NCBI GenBank assembly: GCA_023419375.1
Contig: JAEZYD010000030.1
Span: 8,800-72,799, forward strand
Direction: 5' to 3'
Origin: Pseudomonadota bacterium
GTDB lineage: Bacteria > Desulfobacterota > Desulfovibrionia > Desulfovibrionales > Desulfovibrionaceae
DNA: 64,000 nucleotides
Positions within the stretch are counted from its first letter, which is position 1; every line of letters starts with the position of its first letter. The notes under the pieces are model-generated. The model was not told the DNA's origin, made no database searches, and saw only the letters and a list, made by a program, of their open reading frames with translations. The position numbers and the translations under genes were made by a program. Shown in pieces: positions 44,842-55,561 of the stretch.

Positions 44842-45690
44842 TTAGCCGCTCTTGAGCCGTTCTTCCATTTCGGCAAACGAAGGACGGAAGGGGTAGGGTA
44901 TGGCCCTGCGCCCATATTCCACGGCGATCAGCGGCGTTGATCCGCGAATGGCGGCAGCCACGGCTTCCTTGATGGCGTTAAAATAAAAATGTTCTTCGGC
45001 CACGTAGTTTTCAAGCTTTGCGCCCATGGGGCCAAAGAGGCCATAACAGGCAAGAATACCAAAAAACGTGCCGACAAGCGCTGCCGCGATGTAGTGACCA
45101 AGAACTTCCGGCGGTTCATTGATCTTGCCCATAGCCAAAACCACGCCCAGAACGCAGGCCACAATACCCATGCCCGGCAGTGATTCGGCCATGTGCGCCA
45201 CTGCGTGGGCAGGCAAAATACCTTCTTCGCGCATGGTTTCGATATCCACATCCATGAGGCTGTCGATATCTGCGGGGTCGCCGGTGGTCAGGTACACGCG
45301 CAGCGTGTCGCCCACAAAGTTCACCAGCACGGCATCTTTGGAAATATTGGGATATTTGCTGAAAATCGGGCTGGATTCGGGTTTTTCAACGTCGCTTTCA
45401 ATACTGATCACGCCCTCGCGGTGCATTTTGGAAAAGAGCGCGTACAGTAGGGCAAGGGTCTCAAGGTAGTGATTTTTGCTGGAACCAGGGTCGGCAAACA
45501 GGTGTTTGAGGCTTTTGACAACCAGGCCAAAGGTGTACTTGGTCTGCGAACCAAAAAAAGCTCCAAGGCCGCAACCCAGAATAATGATGAACTCGGCGGG
45601 CTGAAAAAGAACGCCCCATTCGCCATGGGCCATGGTGTAGCCCGTGCCGACTGAAGCCGCAACAATGACCAGTCCTATAAGTAAGTACAT
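44842..45690 (-). CDS. motA: Flagellar motor stator protein MotA
   Basis: The 282-aa ORF has four TM helices and typical MotA/PomA motifs (GLVIVAASVGTGY, MGIVACVLGVV, AAALVGTFFGILACYG). Confidence 0.9.
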   Translation of the reverse strand: MYLLIGLVIVAASVGTGYTMAHGEWGVLFQPAEFIIILGCGLGAFFGSQTKYTFGLVVKSLKHLFADPGSSKNHYLETLALLYALFSKMHREGVISIESDVEKPESSPIFSKYPNISKDAVLVNFVGDTLRVYLTTGDPADIDSLMDVDIETMREEGILPAHAVAHMAESLPGMGIVACVLGVVLAMGKINEPPEVLGHYIAAALVGTFFGILACYGLFGPMGAKLENYVAEEHFYFNAIKEAVAAAIRGSTPLIAVEYGRRAIPYPFRPSFAEMEERLKSG

Positions 45691-45823
45691 ACTGCCGCCT
45701 GTTCGCTCTATGGCTTGCCGGAAAAAAAACCGGTAAAGCTCGTGTATGGCCCGGCTGGCGGAATTTTGACCACTCCGCTCTCCAATCGCGCCTTTAACAG
45801 CGCGTTCAGGCCTTCTTTAATGC

Positions 45824-45850
45824 TTAACGCCCGTCATGCTAATAGCTTTA
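45824..45850 (-). promoter_or_regulatory. Sigma-28-like promoter upstream of motA
   Basis: The minus strand reads TAAAGCTA-N11-GGCGTTAA against TAAAGTTT-N11-GCCGATAA (6/8 and 6/8 matches). It lies about 135 nt upstream of the motA ATG. Confidence 0.4.
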
Positions 45851-45966
45851 GCCCATGACGCCGAAAAGGCAAGCCCCGGCAAAAATACCTTCACCCGTGA
45901 GCAGGGGCTGTTTGCCTTGCCGTTCGGGCCTTGCATGTGTTTTTGCCCGGGCCGCAGCCATGCTCG

Positions 45967-48009
45967 TCAGCGGCCCAGAATACCACGAACCAACCCTTCC
46001 GCGCCCTTTGCCGCGCCCTTGGTGTTGCTTCCGGCATCCTTACCCGTTTTCAGCAATGCGCCCGGCAGATTTTTTGCCATATCAAGGGCAAAACGCGGGT
46101 CAACACCATACGAAATGTCACTCAAAGGCCCCTTGGCCGTCACAGGAATCGTCAGCCCCATGGTTTTGATGTCCAGGGCGGCGTCCATATACTGTTTGGG
46201 CAGACTGATGCGCGCCTTGCCCGCAGCGTTGAGGGTGGCGGAGGTAACGGTGATGGGACTTGCGTTGATTTCGCCATCGCGGGCGGTAAAGGGCGCGCGG
46301 GCCAGATCAAAGCGGTCGGGCAGCGGCCCCCCCTTGCCGGTGAGCGCGGGGATACTCTTGGAAAGCTCCGCCATGGCCGGAACATGCAGGCGGCGTATCT
46401 CAAGCAGCCCGCGCCCGCCAAGACTCTGGCGAATATCGCTGGCGTCCGCGCACTTCATGGTTATATCCGCATCCAGCGAGGCCTGCCCGTCGGCCAGCCG
46501 ACCCTTTCCAAGGGCAACCAGCAGTGGGCCAACCTCCACGTCGGCGGCTTGCGCCTTGAGAGCGCAAGTTTCAGTCGCCATATCCATGGAGCCGGTGGAC
46601 TTGATAAGCCCGCCGCTGCCAAGGCTGGCGGTCAGGGAGGTCAGGGCGTAGCGTCCTTTTTCTCCCTTGATGGCCAGCGCAATGTCTTTTACCTGCAATC
46701 CGCCCTTGGTAATGCCCGCCACTTTGGCGCGGATGTCCAGCCCCGGCATGCGCCGTGCCGCTTCCGCATCCGGCTTGGCGCGTTTGTTGCCAGCGGCTGC
46801 GCCGTCGTGCCCCGCGGGCTTGGTTTCCGTAGCATTTTTGCCGGATTCTGCCTGGGGCAGATAGGGATCAAGATTGAGCATGCCGGTCTGCACGTCAGCA
46901 GTCACGAGCATGGGGGCGTTTTCTGGCAGGTCAAGGCGCAGACCGCCGCGCAGGGAAAGATCGTCGAGTTGCAGGAGCATCTGGCTGAGGTTCAGGGCAT
47001 TGGCGGCATAGCGTACCATTGTTCTGAAGCGCAGATCGTCCTTGGCTGGGGGAGTCGCCAGTTTGTGGCCTGCCAGCGCGGCAAGTTTGTGGGGCGAGCC
47101 TTCCATCTCAAGAGCGCCGTTGAACGCCATGGGGGCCAGCCCGCCTTCGCCGGATGCGCTCACCCGCGCCTGGGGCGTGTTGAGCAAGGCCTTGCTCAAC
47201 TGGAGGTGCAGATCGCTCAGCCGCAACGACCCTTCACAGGTAAATTGCAAAGGCCCGGCTTCCTTGGGCAGTGCTCCGGTGAGCGGGGTGACTGTCAGCG
47301 CGGTCTGACGGAAAAGCAGCTGAGGCGGCGCGTAGCGCAGGCGGGAAGAAAATGCCAGCGTACCAGAGATGCTGTTTGCACCAGGCGTGGCGGCGGGGAC
47401 AGCAGACTCGGCGGCGCTGTCGCCAAAAATAAAGGCAAAGTCGCACTGCACCACGGCTTCTTGCCCGGTGCGCAGATTCTCTACAGAAAAGTTTACATCA
47501 TCAACGCGCAGTGTTTTACCGTTTGCGCTTGTGTAGGTCACAACACCCTGACGCAGCACAAGGCGTTTCAGCTCAATGGGAAGGGCTGGCGGGGTCGAAG
47601 CGGCGGGCTTGGTTTCAGCGGCTGGCTTTTCCGCGTCGGGCTTGGCAGCGGCAACAGCCTTGCCTTCGCGGACTTCAATCATGGGGCTGTTCAGCCGTAC
47701 CTCACGCACGACAACATTGCCCGTAAGCAGGGGGCTCAGCTCCAGTTGGGCCATGCCGCTTTTGACGGAGATGACCACGCCCTGCCCATCGCTGGCGCTG
47801 CCCCAGTGCGCCTGTCCAAAGTTGACGCCGGGGGGAAAAAAGGAAATTCCGGGCGGGCTGTCAAACGTCAAAGGCTGCCCGGTGGCTTTGGCCGTGGCAT
47901 CGGCTATCTGCCGCACCACAAAGCCAGCGTCTACCCTGCTGAGCAGAACAGCCGCAGCCACTGCCAGAACAGTGGCGCTACCCAGAATCCATAAAAATAC
48001 ACGCTTCAT
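45967..48009 (-). CDS. AsmA-family outer-membrane biogenesis protein
   Basis: I used internal ATG 48007-48009 (MKRVFLWILGSATVLAVAAAVLL signal-anchor), preceded by GGAG, giving 680 aa. It has AsmA-like repetitive beta-rich sequence and a C-terminal AsmA_2-like end. Confidence 0.8.
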   Translation of the reverse strand: MKRVFLWILGSATVLAVAAAVLLSRVDAGFVVRQIADATAKATGQPLTFDSPPGISFFPPGVNFGQAHWGSASDGQGVVISVKSGMAQLELSPLLTGNVVVREVRLNSPMIEVREGKAVAAAKPDAEKPAAETKPAASTPPALPIELKRLVLRQGVVTYTSANGKTLRVDDVNFSVENLRTGQEAVVQCDFAFIFGDSAAESAVPAATPGANSISGTLAFSSRLRYAPPQLLFRQTALTVTPLTGALPKEAGPLQFTCEGSLRLSDLHLQLSKALLNTPQARVSASGEGGLAPMAFNGALEMEGSPHKLAALAGHKLATPPAKDDLRFRTMVRYAANALNLSQMLLQLDDLSLRGGLRLDLPENAPMLVTADVQTGMLNLDPYLPQAESGKNATETKPAGHDGAAAGNKRAKPDAEAARRMPGLDIRAKVAGITKGGLQVKDIALAIKGEKGRYALTSLTASLGSGGLIKSTGSMDMATETCALKAQAADVEVGPLLVALGKGRLADGQASLDADITMKCADASDIRQSLGGRGLLEIRRLHVPAMAELSKSIPALTGKGGPLPDRFDLARAPFTARDGEINASPITVTSATLNAAGKARISLPKQYMDAALDIKTMGLTIPVTAKGPLSDISYGVDPRFALDMAKNLPGALLKTGKDAGSNTKGAAKGAEGLVRGILGR

Positions 48010-48290
48010 TGAAACTCCGCAGGTATTTGCGGCCCTGGCGGCCGCGTAAACCGCCGTGCCCCTCAGGGCTGCGGCGGGTATTTGTATGACCACCATCTCC
48101 TTTATACGAAAAGCTGGCAAGCAGTGCAAGGCGAAGAACACACAGTGCAGCGTGGCAGCTCTGCACCTTGGGGGACTGCACGGGCGCATCGGTTGCGGTA
48201 GTTTCCCGCAATCCATATATTGCCGGAAAGATATTATAAAAGACACAGCACAGAACGGACATTGCCGCAGGGCAGGGAGGATTACCGCGC

Positions 48291-49925
48291 ATGGCGGCCA
48301 GATCGGTTCACACAGCACAATCACGGCCGGGGCGCACTTTGCCTCCGGCTCTCATGATTCAGGGAACATGCTCAAACGCGGGCAAGAGTCTGATTACTGC
48401 GGCCGTCTGCCGTCTGCTGGCGCGCAGGGGGCTGCGGGTTGCGCCCTTCAAGGCGCAGAACATGGCGCTCAATTCCTTTGTAACCAGCGACGGCAAGGAA
48501 ATGGGTCGCGCTCAGGTCTTGCAGGCCGCCGCCTGCGGCCTCGCGCCAGACGTGCGCATGAACCCGGTGCTGCTCAAGCCCACATCCAACGTGGGCTCTC
48601 AGGTTATTGTGCTGGGCGAAGCCGTGGGGCACATGCGCGTGGGCGAGTATCTCGCCTATAAACCGGAAGCCTGGAAGGCCGTGCGCCGTGCCTACCGCAG
48701 CCTGGCCGCAGAAATGGATGTCATGGTGCTTGAAGGGGCGGGCAGCCCGGCGGAAATCAACCTCAAGGCGCACGACATCGTAAATATGCGCATGGCCCGC
48801 TATGCCGGGGCGCACGTGGCCCTGGTGGCGGACATTGACCGTGGGGGGGCCTTTGCGGCCCTGGCGGGCACCATGTCCCTGCTCACCCGCGCGGAAAGAG
48901 GGCGGGTAGGGGGCTTTATTCTCAACAAGTTCCGGGGTGACGCCAGCCTGCTGGATCCCGCCCTGACCATGCTCCAGAAGCGCACGGGCAAGCCCTTTTG
49001 GGGTGTGGTGCCCATGCTGGAAAATCTGCGCCTGCCCGAAGAGGATTCCGTAAGCTTCAAGGAGGGGCTGACCCCTGGCCTGCGCATGGGGCAAACCTCT
49101 GGTGGCCCCGGCCTGCTGGATATTGTGGTGCCCGATCTGCCGCATTTGAGCAATGCCACGGATCTTGACGCCCTGCGGGACGAGCCGGGGGTGCAGCTGC
49201 GCATTGTGCGCCACGCCGATCAGTGGGGCGCGCCGCATGTGGTCATTCTGCCGGGCAGCCGCAATACAGTGGCTGATCTGCGCTTTTTGCGGCGCACCGG
49301 GCTTGCCGGGCTGGTACAGGAGTTTGCCCGCCAGTGCCTGGAGCGGAGCACTGGCGCACTGGTGGGCATCTGCGGGGGATTGCAGATGCTTGGAGCCGAA
49401 ATAGCCGACCCTCTGCTGATTGAAGAAGGCGGATGCGAGCCGGGGCTTGGGCTGCTGCCCCTCAGTACAAGGCTGCTGGCAGCCAAGCGCCTGTGCCGCG
49501 CCGCTGGATGGGCGGATGCCTGTGTGACCGGGGCAGAACGCCAGGCCGTGACAGGCTATGAAATCCATCACGGCGAGACTTCCTCCTTGCACGGAGAATT
49601 GCCGGGTATGGCTGATAAATCAGCTGCGGGCGATGCCGCGTCTGCCGTCATGCGGGTCGTGATGAACGACTCCGAGGGCCAGCCCCTGGGCTGGGGGCGG
49701 TGCGATGCGCGGGGGTGCGCCCGCGTATGGGGCAGTTATCTGCACGGCCTTTTTGACGAGGATGCCTTTCGCCATGCATTTTTGCGCCGTCTGCGGCACG
49801 AGGCGGGTTTGCCGACCGCGCCGGAAACCGCCTACAGCCTCGGCCCCGAGCTGGACAGGCTGGCCGACGCCGTGGAAGCAGCGCTGGACATGCCAGCCAT
49901 ACTCAACCTGCTGCACCTGGCGTGA
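48291..49925 (+). CDS. cobQ: Cobyric acid synthase
   Basis: The 544-aa ORF has [33 protein letters not shown] and the GATase part [16 protein letters not shown] lies upstream of ATG 48291. Confidence 0.9.
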   Translation: MAARSVHTAQSRPGRTLPPALMIQGTCSNAGKSLITAAVCRLLARRGLRVAPFKAQNMALNSFVTSDGKEMGRAQVLQAAACGLAPDVRMNPVLLKPTSNVGSQVIVLGEAVGHMRVGEYLAYKPEAWKAVRRAYRSLAAEMDVMVLEGAGSPAEINLKAHDIVNMRMARYAGAHVALVADIDRGGAFAALAGTMSLLTRAERGRVGGFILNKFRGDASLLDPALTMLQKRTGKPFWGVVPMLENLRLPEEDSVSFKEGLTPGLRMGQTSGGPGLLDIVVPDLPHLSNATDLDALRDEPGVQLRIVRHADQWGAPHVVILPGSRNTVADLRFLRRTGLAGLVQEFARQCLERSTGALVGICGGLQMLGAEIADPLLIEEGGCEPGLGLLPLSTRLLAAKRLCRAAGWADACVTGAERQAVTGYEIHHGETSSLHGELPGMADKSAAGDAASAVMRVVMNDSEGQPLGWGRCDARGCARVWGSYLHGLFDEDAFRHAFLRRLRHEAGLPTAPETAYSLGPELDRLADAVEAALDMPAILNLLHLA

Positions 49926-49935
49926 GCGGAAAAAA

Positions 49936-50871
49936 TCATACTGTCGGTTTTTGAGACAGAGCGCTCCGGCGTATTCCCCTCCATTGGCTCAGCAGTACGC
50001 CAAGCACGATAAGCAAGGCCCCGCCATACTGCGCGGGAGGAAGCTTCTCGCCCAGCAGGGCGACGCCGAAGAGCAGGGCGAAAACGGGAATAAGGTTTGT
50101 GTAGGCGGCGGCGCGACCAGCAGAAAGGCGTTTAACGCCAAAATTGTACAGACCGTACCCCGCAAAGGTCACAATGCCGCCCAGATAGAACACGCAGGCC
50201 CAGGGAACCCATGCGGGAAAATCCCTGCCAAGGCTGATGAGCGTGTCTGATTCCGGCACCACAAGAGCCAGCAGACAAAAAAAGATCATGCCCACAAAGG
50301 CCTGGACAGCCGTGATGCACAGGGCGCTGTATACGGTTGAAAGATGGCGGGCCAGCACGGTATAGCCGGCGGCGCAGCACATGGCGATACCCTCAAGAAT
50401 GTTGCCCAGCAAAGGATTGGCGGCTTTTTCATCCGGCACGGCGGCAAGGGTGAGCCACGTGACGCCGCAAACAGCCAGCAAAAAGCCCAGCCACATGCGC
50501 AGGCCCGCGTGTTCGCGCAGGGCTACAAAGGCTACTGCCGCCACCAGCAGGGGCAACAGGGATGTTATCATGCCCGCCTGCGAGGCCGTTGTCAGGCGCA
50601 GCGCGTTGGTTTCAAACAGAAAAAAGAGGCAGGGCTCGCACAGGGCCATAAGCGCCAGTGTTCCCAGATTGCCGTGTTCCTTGAGTTCGCGCCAGAGGCG
50701 CGGCCACAGGGGCAAAAAAACAATGCAGGCCACAAGCATGCGCCCGGCCATGGTTTGCAGGGGGGTCAGGGCGGTCAGGGCGATGCGCAGCACTACAAAG
50801 GTGGAGCCCCAAAAGGCCATGGCTGTCAGCAAAGCCGCGTGAGGCAATAAATTCCGGGCGGTGGGGGACAT
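49936..50871 (-). CDS. EamA/DMT-family transporter
   Basis: I used internal ATG 50869-50871 (MSPTARNLL), giving 311 aa. It has ten hydrophobic helices in two EamA-like halves (AMAFWGSTFVV...). Confidence 0.8.
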   Translation of the reverse strand: MSPTARNLLPHAALLTAMAFWGSTFVVLRIALTALTPLQTMAGRMLVACIVFLPLWPRLWRELKEHGNLGTLALMALCEPCLFFLFETNALRLTTASQAGMITSLLPLLVAAVAFVALREHAGLRMWLGFLLAVCGVTWLTLAAVPDEKAANPLLGNILEGIAMCCAAGYTVLARHLSTVYSALCITAVQAFVGMIFFCLLALVVPESDTLISLGRDFPAWVPWACVFYLGGIVTFAGYGLYNFGVKRLSAGRAAAYTNLIPVFALLFGVALLGEKLPPAQYGGALLIVLGVLLSQWRGIRRSALSQKPTV

Positions 50872-51040
50872 GAGGGTTTTCAGTTTCTCCAGAATGGTCG
50901 CAGATGATTTTTGCGGCAGCCTATGGTAAGAATGCCAATACTTCAAGGTATGAGGCCATCCGGCAGTCGCGCGGGGGTGCCTGCCTGTCCGGTTCAAGCT
51001 TGACTAAAGGCACTGTCCGCTGCCTGCGGGAGCAAGAAGC

Positions 51041-53872
51041 ATGAGCATCAGAACCATCATCAAAACTTCCAATCTCGCGCAGTTGCTGCTTCTTTTGCTG
51101 CTTGGGCTTTGCCTGGTATCTCTGGGGCGTGGCCTGAATGAGGGCCGCAGGGTACTCGAAAACTACTACAGGTTCGATTCTCTTCTGGTGGATGTGGAAA
51201 CCAATACCCGCCAGAGTTACGAAGAAGCTCATGCCTTTATTTTTACGGGTAATCCCGAGCGTTATGCCAAGTGGCAGATGCTGAATCAGGACCGCGTCCA
51301 CGCGACGCAGGACGCCGCCGGGCACGAGGGAACCTTTGAACATATTGCCCGCACTCTCAATGTGACGGGAGGCCTGCAAGGGCAGGTTCAGGCGCTTCTT
51401 GCCCAGCGCAGGCACCTCGACAATCTGCTTGATACCGCCGTGAACATGGCTGTGGGCAATAGCGGGCCGCCCCTGTGGGACAGGGACGGGCTTGATCTGA
51501 AGGGCGCGCAGAGCTGGGTGGACAGGGTCAATCTGGACAGTGAGGCGCAGCAGGTTCTTTTCAGCGCGCAGGCCCTGCGCGAGGTGCAGTACCGCAGCTT
51601 TCTGGAGCAGGTGAGCAGGCAGGAGTCGCCGCTTGCCCAGATGGTCTGGGCCATGTTTTTTGCCTTGCTGGCCCTGGGGGCCAGCGCGGTTGCCAATATT
51701 TATATCTTTCAGAAGCGGGTCGCCATGCCGCTGGGCGAGGTCAGCCAGTATGCGGAAGGCGTGGCGGCGGGCGAGGATCCCGAACCCCTGAAGCTCAAAT
51801 ACCGGGACGAACTGGCCGTCATGTTCGCCTCCCTGCAACGCATGAAGGGAACGCTGTTTTCCCGTATCCGCGAACTGAAAGAGGCCGAAAGGCGTGCCCG
51901 CAAAAGCAAGCAGCAGGCCGTACTTGCCCGTGCGCAGGCCTTGTCGTCATTGGAACTCGCCCAAAGGGCCTCACACGTGCAGGAAGATTTTTTGCGCCGT
52001 ATGAGCCACGAAATCCGCACCCCCCTCAATGCCATCATCGGCATGAGTTATCTGAGCCTGCAAGCGGGCCTCAGTGGCGTGCAGCGCGACTACCTTTCCC
52101 AGATCAACAAATCGGGCAGCCTGCTGCTGGACATGGTCAACAGGATTCTTGATTTTTCGAGTGCCAATGAGGGCTTGTTGCGCCGCGAAAATCGGGCATT
52201 TCAGGTGCCCCGCCTGCTGGAGCTGTTGCGGCAGAGCGTGGCGGGCAGCGCTCTCGAAAAACAGCTGGAACTGATTTTTACGCTGGATCCGGCTGTGCCG
52301 GTGGTTGTGGAAGGTGATGAGCGGCATCTGGAAGAGGTGTTGCGCATCCTGCTGGAGAATGCTGTCAAGTACACCCCCACGGGCTCCGTGGAGTGCAGTG
52401 TGCAGCTTGCCCACAGCGACCAGGAAGATGGCGGATGCCGTCTGCTCTTTGTGGTGGCCGACAGCGGCCCCGGTATGGATGCTGTTCTTAAGGACAAGCT
52501 TTTTGAACCCTTTGCCCTTGGCGATGAATCGCTGACGCGGTCAAACAGCGGCCTTGGCCTTGGGCTTGCGCTGGCGCGGCAACTGGTCAATCTCATGGGT
52601 GGCGAGCTTTCTGTGGCAAGCGCACCCGGCAAGGGGAGCCGTTTTTTCTTTGAATTGCCCTTCGGCTGGGTGCAACAGAACGAATCCATTACGGAAGCCG
52701 CCTCCGCGCAGGAAGAAGCCGCCGCTGTCGTGGACAGTGCCCTTGGCGTTGCGACCACGTCGCACCGCACAGTGCTTGTGGTGGAAGATAACGATATCAA
52801 CGCCCAGATCGCCAGCGAGCTGCTGAGCCAGGCCGGGCTTGACGTGCGTGTGGCCTCCAACGGTCTTGCGGCTGTTGAGGAGGTACGCGGCGGCGGCGTT
52901 GACCTTGTGCTCATGGATGTGCAGATGCCCGTTATGGACGGGCTTCAAGCCACCATGCGCATTCGCGCGCTGGGTTTTTCACCTGCGGATCTGCCCATTC
53001 TCGCCATGACAGCCCATGCCGATGCCTCTTCCCGTCTGGAAGGCAAGAGCGTGGGCATGAACGACTATCTCACCAAGCCGGTTGATCCTGCCGCCCTGTA
53101 TGCCGCCCTTGAAATGTGGCTGCCGGGCGGATTGCAGTCCAACCCGCTGACCGCGGATGCTGACCCGGATGACTTTTCTGACGCCGCAGACGTGGAAAAC
53201 CGCGTTCAGGAGGACGAGGAGCGGCATTCGCTGGACGTTATGCGCGATCCTGCCCAAGCCTCTTCAGTTCCGGAGGGGCAGGCGGTCAATGTGGAGGCTG
53301 GCCTTGCAACCGTAGGCGGCAACCGCGAATTGTACAGGGAACTGCTGCTGCGTTTTGTGGACCACTACGGCGAAAGCGCCAGGGAACTGCGCGGCCTGCT
53401 TGCCTGCGGCGATCTGCGCGGCGCGGCCCGTCTGGCGCATACGGTAAAGGGCGTTGCCGCCAACCTTGGCGTGGAGCGGGTATGTCGCCTCACGCGGCAC
53501 ATGGAAAACTCCTTGCCCCTTATTCCGCCGAGTGAAGAACTGATGGACGAGTTTGAAGCGTGCATGAACGAGGTGCTGCTGCGCGTGCGCTGTCTTGAAG
53601 GTGATGGGAGCATGGCCACGGCAGGCACCATGCACCTTGAAGGTGAACACCGGGACAACCTGTTGGCCCTGCTCGCCGAGCTGCCCGAACTGATGGAAAC
53701 GGACTGGGGCAATGCGGAAAGCGCCCTTGAACGGTTTATGCCTCTTGTGAACGGTACCCCCTACGCAGAAGACCTGACCGCCATCCTTGCCTCGGTAAAA
53801 GACTTTGACAATGCGGCCCTCCAGGGGCAGGCGGCAGCCCTGCAACGGCGTCTGCGCGGAGAAAATCTGTGA
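51041..53872 (+). CDS. Hybrid sensor histidine kinase / response regulator with a C-terminal HPt domain
   Basis: The 943-aa ORF has TM1, a periplasmic domain of about 190 aa, TM2 and a HAMP domain. The H-box is SHEIRTPLNAIIGM. The HATPase part has DSGPGM and GLGLGLAL. The REC domain has VLVVEDNDIN and LVLMDVQMPVMDG. The HPt domain has HTVKGVAANLG. Confidence 0.9.
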   Translation: MSIRTIIKTSNLAQLLLLLLLGLCLVSLGRGLNEGRRVLENYYRFDSLLVDVETNTRQSYEEAHAFIFTGNPERYAKWQMLNQDRVHATQDAAGHEGTFEHIARTLNVTGGLQGQVQALLAQRRHLDNLLDTAVNMAVGNSGPPLWDRDGLDLKGAQSWVDRVNLDSEAQQVLFSAQALREVQYRSFLEQVSRQESPLAQMVWAMFFALLALGASAVANIYIFQKRVAMPLGEVSQYAEGVAAGEDPEPLKLKYRDELAVMFASLQRMKGTLFSRIRELKEAERRARKSKQQAVLARAQALSSLELAQRASHVQEDFLRRMSHEIRTPLNAIIGMSYLSLQAGLSGVQRDYLSQINKSGSLLLDMVNRILDFSSANEGLLRRENRAFQVPRLLELLRQSVAGSALEKQLELIFTLDPAVPVVVEGDERHLEEVLRILLENAVKYTPTGSVECSVQLAHSDQEDGGCRLLFVVADSGPGMDAVLKDKLFEPFALGDESLTRSNSGLGLGLALARQLVNLMGGELSVASAPGKGSRFFFELPFGWVQQNESITEAASAQEEAAAVVDSALGVATTSHRTVLVVEDNDINAQIASELLSQAGLDVRVASNGLAAVEEVRGGGVDLVLMDVQMPVMDGLQATMRIRALGFSPADLPILAMTAHADASSRLEGKSVGMNDYLTKPVDPAALYAALEMWLPGGLQSNPLTADADPDDFSDAADVENRVQEDEERHSLDVMRDPAQASSVPEGQAVNVEAGLATVGGNRELYRELLLRFVDHYGESARELRGLLACGDLRGAARLAHTVKGVAANLGVERVCRLTRHMENSLPLIPPSEELMDEFEACMNEVLLRVRCLEGDGSMATAGTMHLEGEHRDNLLALLAELPELMETDWGNAESALERFMPLVNGTPYAEDLTAILASVKDFDNAALQGQAAALQRRLRGENL

Positions 53873-54693
53873 AGACCGTTTTCTGCCTTGACGACAAGAT
53901 CACGTATCTGACCCTGCTCAAGGTGGCGGTGCGCTCGTTGCGCGCAGTGCAGGGCAAGGACGCCCCCTGCCTCTGCATCTACGCAGGGGAGGATCCGGCC
54001 TTGCTGGCAGAACTCGCGGCGGAAAACATACCTGTTGCGCGCTATACGCCGTGTCTTGACCCAAGCGGTTTCACGCCTCTGGGGCAGGCCTGCGCCGGAT
54101 GCTTTCTCAAGCTTGAGCTGGCTCTTGTGCCCGAGCTTGCCCAGGACGACCGCGTGCTTTACTGTGATACGGATGTGCTTTTTTATCGCCCTCTGGACGA
54201 ACTTTTTGCGCAGCATCCGGCCTATGTGGGCATGGCAAGGGAATACACCGCCCCATTTTATCACCAGCACCAGCAGCTTTTTTATGAATTCAGGGGCGAA
54301 CGGTACACCGTTCCCATGCCTTTTCCCATCTGGACATATTCCAGCGGGGTGGCTCTGTTCAATCTGGAGCGGCTGCGCAAGCGTGACCTCATAGGGCACT
54401 TCATGGCTTTTTGCCGGGAAAATGAATCGCGCATCGGCAACCTTGATCAGTCGCTGGTGAATTATTTTTTTGGCAAGCGCATTACGCGGCTGGATGACTG
54501 CTGGAACAGCCCTCCCTATAGAGAGGAGTGCAGGGATGAAGCGCGGATTGTGCATTTTCACGGCCCCAAGCCGTGGGAATATAACCGAACCAACCTCACT
54601 GACCTGTGCATCAATCACTATGACTACATGCGGGGAATCTGGATGGAATACCTGAATCCCCGGGAGCGAGCGCTGGTGGAAAGCTGGGCCTAA
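53869..54693 (+). CDS. Glycosyltransferase family 8 (LPS galactosyl/glucosyltransferase / glycogenin-like)
   Basis: The 274-aa ORF has the LYCDTDV DxD motif, NLDQSLVN and HFHGPKPW. The GTG start at 53869 overlaps the kinase stop (GTGA). Confidence 0.8.
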   Translation: MKTVFCLDDKITYLTLLKVAVRSLRAVQGKDAPCLCIYAGEDPALLAELAAENIPVARYTPCLDPSGFTPLGQACAGCFLKLELALVPELAQDDRVLYCDTDVLFYRPLDELFAQHPAYVGMAREYTAPFYHQHQQLFYEFRGERYTVPMPFPIWTYSSGVALFNLERLRKRDLIGHFMAFCRENESRIGNLDQSLVNYFFGKRITRLDDCWNSPPYREECRDEARIVHFHGPKPWEYNRTNLTDLCINHYDYMRGIWMEYLNPRERALVESWA

Positions 54694-54727
54694 CCCGGCT
54701 CGAAAGGATTGTTTTTGTCACACACTC

Positions 54728-54754
54728 TGAAGTATTCTCCGCTCTGTCCGATAA
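54728..54754 (+). promoter_or_regulatory. Sigma-28-like promoter upstream of cheW
   Basis: TGAAGTAT-N11-TCCGATAA against TAAAGTTT-N11-GCCGATAA (6/8 and 7/8 matches). It lies about 138 nt upstream of the cheW ATG. Confidence 0.5.
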
Positions 54755-54891
54755 GGTTGAAACCGGGGCCTGAACGCTCCCGTTAGCGGGGTCGATCCCG
54801 GCGCAGATTGAGCGGATTGCATATGACGGATTGCCGCAGAAGCGGTAATTCATGGGCGGAAAACGCCCACTTATACCATGGAGGCCATCCC

Positions 54892-55404
54892 ATGACGGAT
54901 ACAATGGACGCGGCGCAAGCGACTCGGCAGGACGTGCTGCAAGGTTCCGGGCAGGAACATGAGGGCGATCTGCTCCAGCTGGTGACATTCCGCATTGGCG
55001 AAGAAGAGTTCGGGGTGGACATCCTTTCCGTTCAGGAAATCATCCGTCTCATGCAGATCACCATGGTGCCCCATGCCGCAGCCTTTATTGAAGGCGTCAT
55101 CAATCTGCGCGGCAAGGTTATTCCGGTTGTCAACATGCGCACGCGCTTCAGCATGCCCGCCCTGGAGCACGATGGCAACACGCGCATTGTTGTGATGGAA
55201 TTTAACCAGAAGATAGTGGGTTTTCTGGTGGACGGCGTGTCCGAAGTGCTGCGCATCCCCGCCTCCACTGTGGAGCCTGCGCCGCCGGTGGTTTGCGGCA
55301 TCGGCTCCGAGTATATCCGGGGTGTGGGCAAGCTTGAAGACCGCCTGCTCATTCTGCTTGACCTCGACACGTTATTGAGCGACATGAACGCCGATGCGGG
55401 TTAG
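54892..55404 (+). CDS. cheW: Chemotaxis coupling protein CheW
   Basis: I used internal ATG 54892, preceded by GGAGG, giving 170 aa. Motifs are LVTFRIGEEEFGVDILSVQEI, GVINLRGKVIPVV and GFLVDGVSEVL. Confidence 0.9.
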   Translation: MTDTMDAAQATRQDVLQGSGQEHEGDLLQLVTFRIGEEEFGVDILSVQEIIRLMQITMVPHAAAFIEGVINLRGKVIPVVNMRTRFSMPALEHDGNTRIVVMEFNQKIVGFLVDGVSEVLRIPASTVEPAPPVVCGIGSEYIRGVGKLEDRLLILLDLDTLLSDMNADAG

Positions 55405-55561
55405 CATGGCGGCCAGGCGCGCACTACTGATTCCGTGCGGACGGCGGACTTTTTAAAGCCCGGCGTCCTGCGGTGTTTTGAGTGAACGACGCGCAGCCTG
55501 AAGCCTTCGCCAGCCGGAGCGGCACTGCCGCTACGGTTATGCCGCCGCAGCAGGAGGCCTT

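Noticed and set aside
45836-47994. Plus-strand ORFs of 271 and 687 aa
   Set aside because: They are antisense to the AsmA-family gene. Their composition is low-complexity and they have no motifs or SD.
48010-48290. Possible cobalamin riboswitch in the 280-bp leader of cobQ
   Set aside because: I looked for the B12-box and the GGGAA / GGTG..GAA / GCCACTG core on both strands and found none. The region has only generic CTGCAC/GTGCAG hairpins. A covariance-model scan (Rfam cobalamin family) would settle it.
48372-49592. 406-aa minus-strand ORF
   Set aside because: It is antisense to cobQ. This is a shadow ORF.
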